Virus record (IMG/VR): IMGVR_UViG_3300030376_003877 | Coordinates: 19,486 to 83,485 of that record | DNA: 64,000 nt | Source: a virus | Lineage: Duplodnaviria; Caudoviricetes | Reading direction: 5' to 3' (one strand) | Shown here: in pieces, positions 18,711 to 29,474 of the stretch | How the letters are laid out: every line of letters starts with the position of its first letter | How positions within the stretch are numbered: position 1 is the stretch's first letter | The notes under the pieces: model-generated | What the model was told of the DNA's origin: nothing | The model's input: only the letters and a program-made list of their open reading frames with translations | Databases searched by the model: none | Made by a program: the position numbers and the translations under genes

Positions 18711-19706
18711 TTAAACGGTATATCTTATAATGCATACGCCATCGCCACCTTTATTTGGACTTGCGACATAATAGTTATTTCCTGCACCACCACCTAAACT
18801 ATCTATTCCCATTTGAGATGGTCCAGGAGCTCCACTACCACCTCTTCCTCCTCCACCAATAGGTCTAACACTACCATTTTGGGCTATATATCCCCATCCA
18901 CCACCACCTGCTCCATAGTGATTATTTGAGGAGGAATTAGCTTCTGGTGCTACTGGAGATAATCCAACAATTGGATATTCAAATCCAGAAAATGGTTGAC
19001 CAGGACCACCCGCACTGCCAGAACCAGGACCAGGACCAGCAGGATTAGCTGCTCCACCAGCACCACCACCGCCAGCAGCAGAATATGCGCCAGCAGTTGT
19101 TCCAGTTCCTCCAGCATTTCCATATTGATTAAAACTCGGACTAGGTGTAAATGGTGAATTTAATCCTGGTTGTGTTGCTGCTCCTCCAGGATTAGTTTCT
19201 GTTCCTTCTGAGCCACCACCAGATCCACCTGATTTGGCTGCTGGACCACTATAGTTGGTTGCTCCTCCGCCACCATCAGCAGTCATTCCTCCAAATGTGG
19301 AATCTGTTCCATTACCGTTAGGACCTGAACCGCCTCCACCAATAGTTACTGTATATGCTTGTGCCGCGACAGGAAATGCTGCGTGATGAACAACACCTCC
19401 ACCACCTGCTCCAGAGTTGTAACTAGGAGCAGATCCGCCTCCTCCAGCAACTAATAGAACATCTACAAGTCCATCACCACTTGTAACTGTAAATGTTCCT
19501 GACCCAGTAAATGTATGATACTTATATCCATTTCCTGGAGTATTCGTTGTACCTCCAGTCGCAGCAACTGGTATCGCACCAGGTGACCAACCACCTAATC
19601 TATTAGCACGATATTGATCGTTAGCATCATAAACTCCCGATGCAGCATACTCTCCAGGACTGAAAACAATAGATGCTCCTATTTTCCCCCCAATAAATCT
19701 TCCCAT
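18711..19706 (-). CDS. glycine-rich tail fibre-associated protein
   Basis: YKYHTFTGSGTF, LLVAGGGG, GGDGVCIIRY; many GGGG runs. Confidence 0.75.
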   Translation of the reverse strand: MGRFIGGKIGASIVFSPGEYAASGVYDANDQYRANRLGGWSPGAIPVAATGGTTNTPGNGYKYHTFTGSGTFTVTSGDGLVDVLLVAGGGGSAPSYNSGAGGGGVVHHAAFPVAAQAYTVTIGGGGSGPNGNGTDSTFGGMTADGGGGATNYSGPAAKSGGSGGGSEGTETNPGGAATQPGLNSPFTPSPSFNQYGNAGGTGTTAGAYSAAGGGGAGGAANPAGPGPGSGSAGGPGQPFSGFEYPIVGLSPVAPEANSSSNNHYGAGGGGWGYIAQNGSVRPIGGGGRGGSGAPGPSQMGIDSLGGGAGNNYYVASPNKGGDGVCIIRYTV

Positions 19707-19718
19707 TAGAGTCTCCTA

Positions 19719-20087
19719 TCAAGCATCATCTAATTCTTCATAAGAAATAATGACATCTAAATCACTATTTGCACTAGCACCACCCCTAATAGATTGATTT
19801 TCCTCAAGAAAAATAGGAGCATCTTTTCCAAGAACAATTAATGTTGCATCAGCAGGAACAGCAACAGTAGAAGCAAGATAAAAATCTGTTGATCCATTAT
19901 AAAATGAAATAGTTACATCCGCAGAATCAGTTCCATCTTTATTTCCTACAATAATTGAATTAATCTTTAGTAACTTATTACTTGAAGAAGAATTTGCTAA
20001 CAAAGACGTTGTTAGAGTGGTATCTAACGCAGCACCAACGGTCTTACCGTAAATACTAGTTGCATTAATAATATTTGGGGCAGCCAT
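19719..20087 (-). CDS. small fibre-associated structural protein
   Basis: MAAPNI...LEENQSI...DVIISYEEL beta-sandwich-like ORF between the fibre and Gly-rich genes. Confidence 0.65.
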   Translation of the reverse strand: MAAPNIINATSIYGKTVGAALDTTLTTSLLANSSSSNKLLKINSIIVGNKDGTDSADVTISFYNGSTDFYLASTVAVPADATLIVLGKDAPIFLEENQSIRGGASANSDLDVIISYEELDDA

Positions 20088-20112
20088 GTCTATTTCTTTT
20101 CTATGTTTTTAT

Positions 20113-23100
20113 TTATCTACCTAAGAACGATGCAATGGCAGCTGATTTTGCGGCTGAGGCACCAGCGTTAGTGAGATTTGATCCATCACCATAGAATGTG
20201 GTTGCTGTAACTGAGTTGATGCCAGATATATTGGTAGAGTTATCTCCAACTATATTTCCGTTCGCAGTTACATCACCAGTAAAAGTAGAATCCCCAGCAA
20301 CACTAAGATCGGTGCCGTTAAGGAGCATCAACTCAGTGCTCTTGAATCTTGCACTAATGTTTTGAGATCCAGCTTTAATATGAGCAATCTCAATAATACC
20401 ATCTTCAGAAGTATTATCTACGTCTGATATTTTGCCGGTAATCTTTGCATAATTTATTTTTCCACCAGAATCATTTTCTCCCTGAAATTTTATCTGTCCA
20501 AGATAATCTCCATTATCAGGAGATGCACTATTTCTGTATAATTCAATTATAGGTCCAGCAGAACTTCCTGCATCTGTTGAAGTAACTGTAACTATACCAG
20601 ATGTTGTTATATTATCAGTAGAAGCTACGCCAGTTAGTCCACTTCCATCACCAACAAAACTAGCAGCAGTTATAATGCCACTTGTATTGACAGATGAATC
20701 TGAGTTTAATGCCGTTGCTATTCCTGCTGATGATGCATAACCTACTCCACCAACTATATTATATGCATTAGTAGCATTAGTTGTTGATGTAATTCCAGCA
20801 ATTCTTATTTGATCAATCTTTTGAAATTCAACAACATCTCCATCATTAATAAAGGGTGTCATAGTCACAACAGACCCATTAGTGGCTGTGAAATCGACTC
20901 CACCTACCTGCTTGGTTCCGTTAAGAAACACATCAATCATTCCAACTGTATATCCACCGGTAATTGTAAAGACGGTTGTTATTCCAGAAGATGTTTCTAC
21001 CTGTCTAGTGATTGATGCAATTGGAACATCAATAGTTATAGTTGTTCCAGAACCAACAACCGTTACACCCGCACCAGTAAAGTTGATGTCTGTATATCCA
21101 GTGCCAATACGTGTTGAAGTAGATTGAATCCCAACACCAGAGATTATATTACTCAACCCACTACCATCACCAAAGAATGAAGCAGCAGTAATGATACCAG
21201 TTACTTTAGTATTTCCTTCTACATCTAATGAAGTTGCGGTCGCGATACCGATTAATGATGAACGACCAGTAATAGTGGTTTCATATTCAATGCCAGCAAC
21301 AGCAGCTGGATATACTCTACCAGTTCCATCAAAGGATGCTCTAATTGGATTAATAAACCTTGATTGTGTAATTGAACCTAAACTTTGTCCATTACTTGGT
21401 GAGGAAAAATTAGAACCATTACTATAAATTGCTGACCAATATCCATCAACTAAATTATAGATGATAATTTTTGAGTTATCACTTTCATGTAGGAAATAAT
21501 AGTAACCACTAATATTGGAGAAAGTGGCACTACCAGAGTAAGATGGAGCACCTGTCAGAACAAATGAAGTAGATTGTCTATTGTATGCTCCATCAAGATC
21601 GGAACCATACCCTTTTAAGTTTATTGTAGAATAATCAATAACAAACTTTCCGCTACTTCCAAAGAAAGGTGCTAATGATATTGACGCACCAGAACCAACA
21701 ACAATATCATCAATTCCAGTAAGTGACTTTTTGGTTGGGTCAAGTGTAATTGATCCTCGTCCAACAGTGAGGATACCTGTTACTCTGGCATCTCCATCTA
21801 CAAGTAGTGTTGTTTGACCAACACCAATATGAACCGTTCCAACTCCTGTGCTAATCGTAGAAACACCAGAAACGTTTAATCCGTTTGATGTAACAGTGAT
21901 TCCACTTCTTGCGGTTATAATGCCGATGGAATCTAAGTTTTTAATGTCTTCTTTGGTGATTGTACCACCAACACTCAGATTGCCACTGAAGAATCCATCA
22001 ACAGCAGTTACAGAACCAGCAATACTGATATTGTTAGGTACATCATTGGTTCTACCCGCACCATATACAAGAATGGCACCATTTGCAGTTGACTTCTTAA
22101 GAACAACAGCAATCTTTTGAACAAGATGTGTTGGGTCAGTAGGTCTTACATTCGTAAGTCCTCCACCAGGAGCAACATATAATTCATCAGCAACTTCAAA
22201 CGCAGAAGTATTGACACCTTCTAATTCTCCATAAACAATAATTTGACCACTAGTGTTGTTAGCAAGATCTGTACTTACAACACCCTTTGCGGGCATTGTT
22301 ACTGAGTTAGATGCTCTTGATTCTTCAACACCTAATCTATCAAGTCCACTGTTGTATGCTGTTTGATAAACGGGTGTTCCAATAGTTAAGGCATAACCAA
22401 TATTGTTATTTCTAACATCAAGTACAAGTTTTGATGCGGAATCAGCATCTCCACCACCACCTAAAGCAGTACTAGCAATTCCAACCCACTTACTAGTTGA
22501 TGCTTCATATATTAATAGTGATCCAGTAGTTATTCCAGAAAAATCAACATCATCAAGATCTTTGATATAACCTGCTCCACCACCACCCATTGTTGAGAGT
22601 TGAGTGGTAATCCTATTAATAAAAAGTCTGTAATGATTTGATAGATCATCAAGAGTCGCAAACTTTTGGTTAAGTGGCGTTAATACGTCAGTTTGATTTC
22701 CTGCAGTTTCTTTTTCGCTAGGAGGTTCATTGAGAAGATAATTTTCTTGTAACTGCTTCTGATCTTTTTTGATTAATGAAGCAATATCCTTAAGTTCTCG
22801 GACAGTTGTTTTTAAAGAATCAATGTCCTTTACAATAGTAGATATTTCATTATCATAATATTTAACTTCTGGAAGTAAATTTACTTGCTCTTTAAGTTCA
22901 TTAAAAAACTTTAAAAGTGTTTCATCTGTCTTAATGCTCTGCTCATTGATAGAAGTAATTTCTTTTTCTAACTTCTGTTTTATTTTATTCTGCTCACTCA
23001 GAACTGCTTTCTTTAGTTTTCTATCATCATCTTTAAATTCTCTGTGATATTCCCAAACTTTTAATGATGACTTACTTAGTTCGGAATATATTTTATCTTT

Positions 23101-23895
23101 AGTTTCAGTTAATCGAGTATTAGTCTGATCAATCTTATCATTGACAGTATCTTTAAGGTTTTTGACATTTATATTTTGTTCAAAATCCTTTACTTGGATA
23201 GTCTCATTAAGTTCTGATACCTCAAAAGATATCTTCTCTTTGATTACATCGAGATGTCCTTGAACTCTGGTAAAATCTTCATCAATAGTATTAAAAGTAT
23301 TTCCAATCCACCTAAAATCAGGTACATCTCTAGATTTTACCTTATTAAGTTCCTCTATAAGAGATGATATATCACTATCATAGTGTTTAATCTCAGGTAA
23401 AGATGTTATATCTTCCTTTAATTGTGTTATTCTATCATTAATGTGTTCAATATCATGATCATAATACCTTATTGTTGGTATTTCAGGTATTTTTGATTCA
23501 ATTTCAGTTAATTTTTCCTCAAAATGTTCATTTCTTACATCTAAGTCATCAATTTTATTACTTTTTTGATCAAACTGTGTAAAATATTCTTCAATATGAG
23601 TTAGTTTACTACTTAAATCACTTAATTCTTCATCATAATATTTTATCTCTGGTATTTCTGGTATCTCTTTTCTTAAATCATTAACAAGACGCACCAATTC
23701 TGACCATTCTGGTGCAGTCTCTGCCAGAACGGGATTAATATTCTCTATTTCTTCAACTAAAACTTCTTCTTTTGGCGATTCTGAGATATAATCTTCTACT
23801 GATGGAAGTTCCTTTTCCTCTATAAAATCTTTATAGGAGGGTAAGTTGTTTTCCTCTACTATATCATTTATTGATGGCAGATCTTCGTTAGACAT
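20113..23895 (-). CDS. long fibre-like virion protein (N-terminal coiled coil, C-terminal G/S/T-rich fibre repeats)
   Basis: Four P(E/T)(I/V)(K/R)(Y/H)YD repeats in the N-terminal third; GIITA.SF.GDGS.L repeats typical of cyanophage fibres. Confidence 0.8.
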   Translation of the reverse strand: MSNEDLPSINDIVEENNLPSYKDFIEEKELPSVEDYISESPKEEVLVEEIENINPVLAETAPEWSELVRLVNDLRKEIPEIPEIKYYDEELSDLSSKLTHIEEYFTQFDQKSNKIDDLDVRNEHFEEKLTEIESKIPEIPTIRYYDHDIEHINDRITQLKEDITSLPEIKHYDSDISSLIEELNKVKSRDVPDFRWIGNTFNTIDEDFTRVQGHLDVIKEKISFEVSELNETIQVKDFEQNINVKNLKDTVNDKIDQTNTRLTETKDKIYSELSKSSLKVWEYHREFKDDDRKLKKAVLSEQNKIKQKLEKEITSINEQSIKTDETLLKFFNELKEQVNLLPEVKYYDNEISTIVKDIDSLKTTVRELKDIASLIKKDQKQLQENYLLNEPPSEKETAGNQTDVLTPLNQKFATLDDLSNHYRLFINRITTQLSTMGGGGAGYIKDLDDVDFSGITTGSLLIYEASTSKWVGIASTALGGGGDADSASKLVLDVRNNNIGYALTIGTPVYQTAYNSGLDRLGVEESRASNSVTMPAKGVVSTDLANNTSGQIIVYGELEGVNTSAFEVADELYVAPGGGLTNVRPTDPTHLVQKIAVVLKKSTANGAILVYGAGRTNDVPNNISIAGSVTAVDGFFSGNLSVGGTITKEDIKNLDSIGIITARSGITVTSNGLNVSGVSTISTGVGTVHIGVGQTTLLVDGDARVTGILTVGRGSITLDPTKKSLTGIDDIVVGSGASISLAPFFGSSGKFVIDYSTINLKGYGSDLDGAYNRQSTSFVLTGAPSYSGSATFSNISGYYYFLHESDNSKIIIYNLVDGYWSAIYSNGSNFSSPSNGQSLGSITQSRFINPIRASFDGTGRVYPAAVAGIEYETTITGRSSLIGIATATSLDVEGNTKVTGIITAASFFGDGSGLSNIISGVGIQSTSTRIGTGYTDINFTGAGVTVVGSGTTITIDVPIASITRQVETSSGITTVFTITGGYTVGMIDVFLNGTKQVGGVDFTATNGSVVTMTPFINDGDVVEFQKIDQIRIAGITSTTNATNAYNIVGGVGYASSAGIATALNSDSSVNTSGIITAASFVGDGSGLTGVASTDNITTSGIVTVTSTDAGSSAGPIIELYRNSASPDNGDYLGQIKFQGENDSGGKINYAKITGKISDVDNTSEDGIIEIAHIKAGSQNISARFKSTELMLLNGTDLSVAGDSTFTGDVTANGNIVGDNSTNISGINSVTATTFYGDGSNLTNAGASAAKSAAIASFLGR

Positions 23896-23935
23896 TCTAT
23901 TAGTGCAATACTTTGGGATTTCTCTCCCCGAAATA

Positions 23936-24361
23936 CTATTTATCTGTCTGACTTGCTTGCTTTAACATTTTTTGAAGATCTGCTGTAGAACCAACAAATA
24001 GAGCATTATTGACTGTGGTAGGACCTTTTTGATCTTTTTCCTCACTAACATCTTTCAGTTTCTTCTGAAGATCCATTAATTTATCAGTAGCATCGGAAAC
24101 GTTTTTAATAAGTTGACCTGCTACTTCATATGCTCTTGGCATCTCACTTTCTTGAGCAAGTTCAAGAATACCATTGATTGCTTCTTGTCCTTTTTCTATT
24201 ATTGAATAAAGATTACCCCTAGTATATTCATAATCTTTTTTGATGTCTTCAGTTGATGATTTAAGTTTTTCAATCTTATTATCAACCTTTGTCTTATCTA
24301 TTTGAATATCAGTTGATTCAACATCAAAAGCATCATCCAAACCGTCATATTTAATAGTCAT
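23936..24361 (-). CDS. g16: terminase small subunit gp16
   Basis: DYEYTRGNLY, PRAYEVAGQLIK, NNALFVGST. Confidence 0.93.
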   Translation of the reverse strand: MTIKYDGLDDAFDVESTDIQIDKTKVDNKIEKLKSSTEDIKKDYEYTRGNLYSIIEKGQEAINGILELAQESEMPRAYEVAGQLIKNVSDATDKLMDLQKKLKDVSEEKDQKGPTTVNNALFVGSTADLQKMLKQASQTDK

Positions 24362-24369
24362 AATATTAA

Positions 24370-25377
24370 TTAACTAAATCCCCCATCAAATCCAAAGTTG
24401 TCTCCAACTTCAATGAATGAAGCATCTGCTTTAGTGATATTGTAGATAGCAGAACCTAAAACATGCTGTTGAATCGGAGTCTTATCCTGTGCTCTTCTAA
24501 CTGTTAACCTATTATCAACTATATTATCAACGTACATTTGCTCTTCACCCATGTAGATATATGTCTTCTTGGTAAACTTAGTACCATCTGAAACTTCAAT
24601 CACAGTATCTTCAAAATCAACGTTTGCTGTCAACTGAGCAACTTCACTTCCGTTATAATCTTTCAGTGCTCTTGGTTCTACAGTGTAAGTGACATCTCTT
24701 TCGTATTGAGTTGTTCCTTTTGTTCTTGTTCCTGCAATATATCCAACAGAAACTTTTTCAACAATCGAAGAACTAATATCTGTAAGTGGTCCGTAAAGAT
24801 AGGTTTTTGCTGTAAATCTAAAAGTATAAACTAATGCTCTTCTTGTATCAAAGTTGCCTTCATAATCATCTTCCATTGTTACATTATCGAGCACAACTGG
24901 AGTATTGACTACTTCTGTTAATCCGCTAAGAAGTTTAACTGGTATAGTGTATGCGGGAGTGAAATAAGGTAAAATCTGTTCAGTTATCTGCAACATATCA
25001 TCATTTAGTTTTGTCATTACCGACAATTCAAAAACCATGTTGTATGGTACTGGCATATATGCTTTTTTAGTTTGTTCTCCATCATCGCCAGTTATAACAA
25101 ACGTTTGAGATTTTGATACTTTTCTTTCAGGATCATAAGTCAAATCAATAAACTCAAATGACATTCTAGGCAATGTCATTTGGACAGGAGTATTTAAATC
25201 TGGAGTTTGTTCTAATCTTGCTAGGAACTTTTGTGTAGGTCCATAAGCAAGAGGAACTTTGACGACACTCCAAGTCTCATCATTTCCGTCTTTATGTTTA
25301 ATCTCGATACCATTAAACAGAGAACCAAATGAAATGATTGTAGATCTTAGAATTTCGTTATAGAAATACTCAAACAT
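24370..25377 (-). CDS. g15: tail sheath stabilizer / completion protein gp15
   Basis: YFYNEILR, VPLAYGP.QKFLARL, LPRMSFE, EQILPYF. Confidence 0.95.
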   Translation of the reverse strand: MFEYFYNEILRSTIISFGSLFNGIEIKHKDGNDETWSVVKVPLAYGPTQKFLARLEQTPDLNTPVQMTLPRMSFEFIDLTYDPERKVSKSQTFVITGDDGEQTKKAYMPVPYNMVFELSVMTKLNDDMLQITEQILPYFTPAYTIPVKLLSGLTEVVNTPVVLDNVTMEDDYEGNFDTRRALVYTFRFTAKTYLYGPLTDISSSIVEKVSVGYIAGTRTKGTTQYERDVTYTVEPRALKDYNGSEVAQLTANVDFEDTVIEVSDGTKFTKKTYIYMGEEQMYVDNIVDNRLTVRRAQDKTPIQQHVLGSAIYNITKADASFIEVGDNFGFDGGFS

Positions 25378-25416
25378 GATCTTTAAAGAATATACTTCTA
25401 TTTAACAGTTTCATAC

Positions 25417-27963
25417 CTAAGGCATTCCAAAAGGATTAGTCTCACTAAAATCAATAACCAGACTTGCTTCTCTTTGAATATTATCATTATCTGCGAATGG
25501 AGTAACCTCGTCGTAAATACCTACCGTTCTAATAACACCAACCGCAGAAGACTCTGAACCAGTGATCGTTTCTCCTGCCTTGAAGTCACCACTGACTATT
25601 GAAATCTCAAGAGTATTGGCAACTGCATCATACTCCTTAACTCTGGCTGTAGTGCCACTAGTTCCACCTGTAACGATTTCATTGTATACAAATGATCCAC
25701 TTGATGTAACTGTTCCAGCAACTGGTTTTGATAATGTAACATCTGGTGCAATAACATATTTTGCTCCACCATTTGAGATATAGATGGAAGTAACAAATCC
25801 TGCAGAACTGATTGTGGCAATACCTGTTGCCCTTACTACCCCATTCACTTCTGTATAATAGTTTTTCTCTGAAGTATCATTTGAAATTGTAACAACAGGA
25901 GGAGAAGTATATCCACCTCCACCAAATGTTACAGTTATGCCTGTTACTATTCCACAATTTTGTATGCCTACTTCGATATTTTGAGTTGTTGTAGTAAGAC
26001 CAACAGTGGTGTTATTCATAACAAGAATTGAAGATCCAATACTCGTCACAAAAGTATCTTTTGGTATGATATAAACTCTTTCATATGGACTATCATATCC
26101 AGTCTGTAATCTTACACGGTCTCCAACTACCATATTAGTGGTATTGATTCCTGTAATAACTGTTGAACCTATACCTATTGTTCCAGAAGTTATAATAGAA
26201 TCAAATCTTATTGTAGAAATACCTGTAGCAATAAATTGAGTTCCTATACCACCAGGACCAGCAACTGCCACATCTGGAGTAGAAACATATCCAAATCCAC
26301 TATTACCAATAGATATAGCACTAATAGTGCCAGCAATAGAAACAGTAGCAGTTGCTGTTGCCCTAATCGGTTGAGGATTTGAAAAACTAATCGTTGGTTG
26401 TACTGTATATCCTGCCCCAATAGTTGCTCCAGTTCCGACACACCATAATTTAGTCTCTGTATTGAACCCAACTGCCGTAACAATCCCTAAGATTGGATGA
26501 ATAGTAGCAATACCAACTGCTACTTGAGACGGGGTTGCAGTTCCTGTTCCAAGTCCAATTGAAACTGTTGGTGCTGTTGAATATGCTCGACCTGTTGTAG
26601 TGAATGCAACAGAAGTTTCATCAATACTAGATCCATCAATTCCTCCACCATTATCAATGGTAGCAACTGCTGGACTTGTACCTGGATGAGCAATAACAAT
26701 CTCCGGTGCGCTTGTGTAGAACTTGCCTTCTGTGGTTATAGCAACTTTTTTAACCGTACCACCTGCTAATGCGATTGGATCCATAATAGCAGAAGCAAGT
26801 CCAGCATTGCCGCCTCCTGTTGGAGCACCAAAAGTCACCGTAGGTGCCTGTTTATAATAAACACCTCCCGTAGTTCCATATGGGAACAGATATGCAGATG
26901 CACCAATACTAATAGGTGCCTTTAATACACTAACTCCTGCTCCCACTTCTGATGCAGTATCAAGAATAGCAGTTGCTGCGGCACCAACATGTTTTGGAGT
27001 TGATATTCCAACAGTTGGTGCTGTAATATATCCTCCTCCGCTATTTGATATTGATACTGTTTGTACAGAACCTGTTGGAACAAGAATACTAGTAGCAGCA
27101 GCTCCAGCACCAGAAAGACCTCCTCCGTGGAATGTAATAATAGGTGCTACAGTATATCCACATCCAGCATTTGTTAGATTTACTGAAACTATTTTTCCTG
27201 ATGTTCCATCGCACCCAACATACTCATAAGTAAGTGACGCTACACCAACTGCTGTTGTTCCTCCTGGTGCAGAAGAGAAAGCAACTCTGGGTGGTTCTGT
27301 ATATCCCCTGCCCATGTTTGTAACTACAACAGATCCAACAGAACCAGTTATACACAAACTTGAAGTTGCAGTTGCTTGTGTGCTGACTCCCACAGCAATA
27401 AGTCTAAGAGTCTTGATATGTCCAATCTGTTCAATTTCTTCATCAATATCATCGATTCCAGTATCAATGACTTCATCTTCATATCTAAAGAGTTCACATC
27501 TTAATGTGTAAACATAGTTCTTTTGTAGTTGATAGAAAGGTTGTTCGTGTTCTACATATTTGATTTCAAATAATCTCTCTCCCAGTGGAAAATAAATCAA
27601 ATCCCCTTCTTTTGGTCTAGTTGCTAGTTCAATATTGGGAAGATTCTTAATCAACGGAGTAATGTACTCCTCAAATCTCTCTCTAGACACAACTAGAGTT
27701 AGATCATCTTTTTCTTGAATACCAAACCGTGATAGTATGGTTCCTTCTCCACCATAACCATCATAGTTATCTACATATGCCTCAATAGGATATGCATTAT
27801 CAAACTCAGATTGTATGACTTCTTTGATTACAGTAAACTTTGTAAGGTATTTACGAGGCATATAATACACCTCAATACCATACATTTTTAACTGTTCATT
27901 GACGAGACTTTGGATTAATCCCTGTTCTCCTTTAGTTCCGTTTTGAAAAAATGGATTAAGCAT
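25417..27963 (-). CDS. g14: neck protein gp14 with a long internal beta-repeat insertion
   Basis: N-terminal gp14 core (YGIEVYYMPR, RPKEGDLIYFPL), C-terminal DFSETNPFG; many NxGxGYxxxP repeats between. Confidence 0.92.
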   Translation of the reverse strand: MLNPFFQNGTKGEQGLIQSLVNEQLKMYGIEVYYMPRKYLTKFTVIKEVIQSEFDNAYPIEAYVDNYDGYGGEGTILSRFGIQEKDDLTLVVSRERFEEYITPLIKNLPNIELATRPKEGDLIYFPLGERLFEIKYVEHEQPFYQLQKNYVYTLRCELFRYEDEVIDTGIDDIDEEIEQIGHIKTLRLIAVGVSTQATATSSLCITGSVGSVVVTNMGRGYTEPPRVAFSSAPGGTTAVGVASLTYEYVGCDGTSGKIVSVNLTNAGCGYTVAPIITFHGGGLSGAGAAATSILVPTGSVQTVSISNSGGGYITAPTVGISTPKHVGAAATAILDTASEVGAGVSVLKAPISIGASAYLFPYGTTGGVYYKQAPTVTFGAPTGGGNAGLASAIMDPIALAGGTVKKVAITTEGKFYTSAPEIVIAHPGTSPAVATIDNGGGIDGSSIDETSVAFTTTGRAYSTAPTVSIGLGTGTATPSQVAVGIATIHPILGIVTAVGFNTETKLWCVGTGATIGAGYTVQPTISFSNPQPIRATATATVSIAGTISAISIGNSGFGYVSTPDVAVAGPGGIGTQFIATGISTIRFDSIITSGTIGIGSTVITGINTTNMVVGDRVRLQTGYDSPYERVYIIPKDTFVTSIGSSILVMNNTTVGLTTTTQNIEVGIQNCGIVTGITVTFGGGGYTSPPVVTISNDTSEKNYYTEVNGVVRATGIATISSAGFVTSIYISNGGAKYVIAPDVTLSKPVAGTVTSSGSFVYNEIVTGGTSGTTARVKEYDAVANTLEISIVSGDFKAGETITGSESSAVGVIRTVGIYDEVTPFADNDNIQREASLVIDFSETNPFGMP

Positions 27964-27967
27964 AGCA

Positions 27968-28840
27968 TCAACCGATCATATCTAGAGGTGGAAGTTCATA
28001 AGTGCTTAACATTTTTTGCTTTATTTCATCGATTTCTCTTTGTCCATCATCAAATATTTGTCTACCATTGAACTCAATGCCTCCGGGGAGTTTTACACCC
28101 TGGAACTTCATCAGATTTTGACCCCATTGTCTTTTGATAAGAGATGTTAGATATGGTTTAATAAACGAATCATTCCATACTCTTGAATAGTCATTACCAT
28201 CCAATACTGACCAACAATCTAGAACTAAAAACTCTCCTGCCTTTAATTGCTCCCAATCTACATCAAGATACATTCTATCTTGTCTTTGATTGAATCTAAT
28301 TTGCTTATGCGTATTAAGTAGAAAGTTTATTGTTTCCAGATAATCCATAGTCATTGAATATGAGGTAAGATCATATCCAGTTGCACCCGATCCTTGAAGA
28401 CCTGCCATATCACTTAACATCAACTGATATTTAATGTTAAACATACCAGAGGACAATCCATCACTGTATTGAAATACTTTGTTAATCCCAATAATCGATG
28501 GAGGAATCGCTATATAGTTACTATTTTCATAATATGTAAATGTAGTATTAGTTCCAGCAATATCTGCAGTTGCTGCAATATTAGTTATTCCTGATGTTCC
28601 ACCATCACCAGAAGGTGCTCCTGGAGGTCTGGCCTTTCCTCTATTAACATCCTCATCAGTTACTTGATACTTTAAATATGTCTGACTTACACCATCGAAA
28701 TGTCTTTCTTGAAAAAACTGAACAGCATCATCAACTAAATCTTGCAGTTGTTCCTCAGCAACATTGATCTCAACAACTGGAGCACCCAGTTGCCTTAAAC
28801 AATAATCAATTAATTCTTGCCTAGTAGACGGTTTTGCCAT
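27968..28840 (-). CDS. g13: neck protein gp13
   Basis: YCLRQLGAPVVEINV, KRQWGQNLMKF, LPGGIEFNG. Confidence 0.96.
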   Translation of the reverse strand: MAKPSTRQELIDYCLRQLGAPVVEINVAEEQLQDLVDDAVQFFQERHFDGVSQTYLKYQVTDEDVNRGKARPPGAPSGDGGTSGITNIAATADIAGTNTTFTYYENSNYIAIPPSIIGINKVFQYSDGLSSGMFNIKYQLMLSDMAGLQGSGATGYDLTSYSMTMDYLETINFLLNTHKQIRFNQRQDRMYLDVDWEQLKAGEFLVLDCWSVLDGNDYSRVWNDSFIKPYLTSLIKRQWGQNLMKFQGVKLPGGIEFNGRQIFDDGQREIDEIKQKMLSTYELPPLDMIG

Positions 28841-28872
28841 TATTATAAGACAGTTCTTTTTTTATTATTTAG

Positions 28873-29259
28873 TTAGGTATTAGTAGATATTCCTGTAAAA
28901 ACACTAATATTACCTCTTGCAAGACTATAAAGACTACTTCCAACCCCCATTATAATGTCATATTCATATCTACCACTTTTAATGGGAATAGTGGTTTCTT
29001 TGGAAAGTGTTATCTTAAACTCACCTTTAGTTGCATCTGTTATAGTTTCAGTAAAACTAGCAGTTGGGACACCAGATGAACCGATTGAAACGGTTTTAGT
29101 CATTTGAGAATACATTGTATGACTAGTCAAATTGTAGTTTGACCTATCATTATTCAAAATCTTAAATGTCTCTTCAAAGTCAACACCAGTATACATTGTA
29201 AGATTAACTCCATAAGGAGTTCTTACTGAAGGATCAAATGTAATTGTATTATTTGCCAT
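28873..29259 (-). CDS. putative virion structural protein
   Basis: 128-aa ORF, GRYEYDI motif, in the late operon. Confidence 0.65.
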   Translation of the reverse strand: MANNTITFDPSVRTPYGVNLTMYTGVDFEETFKILNNDRSNYNLTSHTMYSQMTKTVSIGSSGVPTASFTETITDATKGEFKITLSKETTIPIKSGRYEYDIIMGVGSSLYSLARGNISVFTGISTNT

Positions 29260-29473
29260 TTGCTATTACTTGGAGGAGAGTTTTGATATCACTAAGATCA
29301 TTTTGTAGATTGTCCACTTTTTGTTCAAGATTATCAACTCTCTCCTTTTCAGAAGAGAGTCTATTTCTTGCATTTATATAGTTTTCATAATCAGTTTTGT
29401 TTCGATTCACGATAGCACCAGTAGTGTTATCTCTAAAAAATCCATCCTTTCCTTCAATTGGTACTAATGCCAT
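29249..29473 (-). CDS. hypothetical protein with C-terminal coiled coil
   Basis: RDNTTGAIVN; follows the VrlC-like gene as in other cyanomyoviruses. Confidence 0.7.
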   Translation of the reverse strand: MALVPIEGKDGFFRDNTTGAIVNRNKTDYENYINARNRLSSEKERVDNLEQKVDNLQNDLSDIKTLLQVIANGK

Positions 29474-29474
29474 A

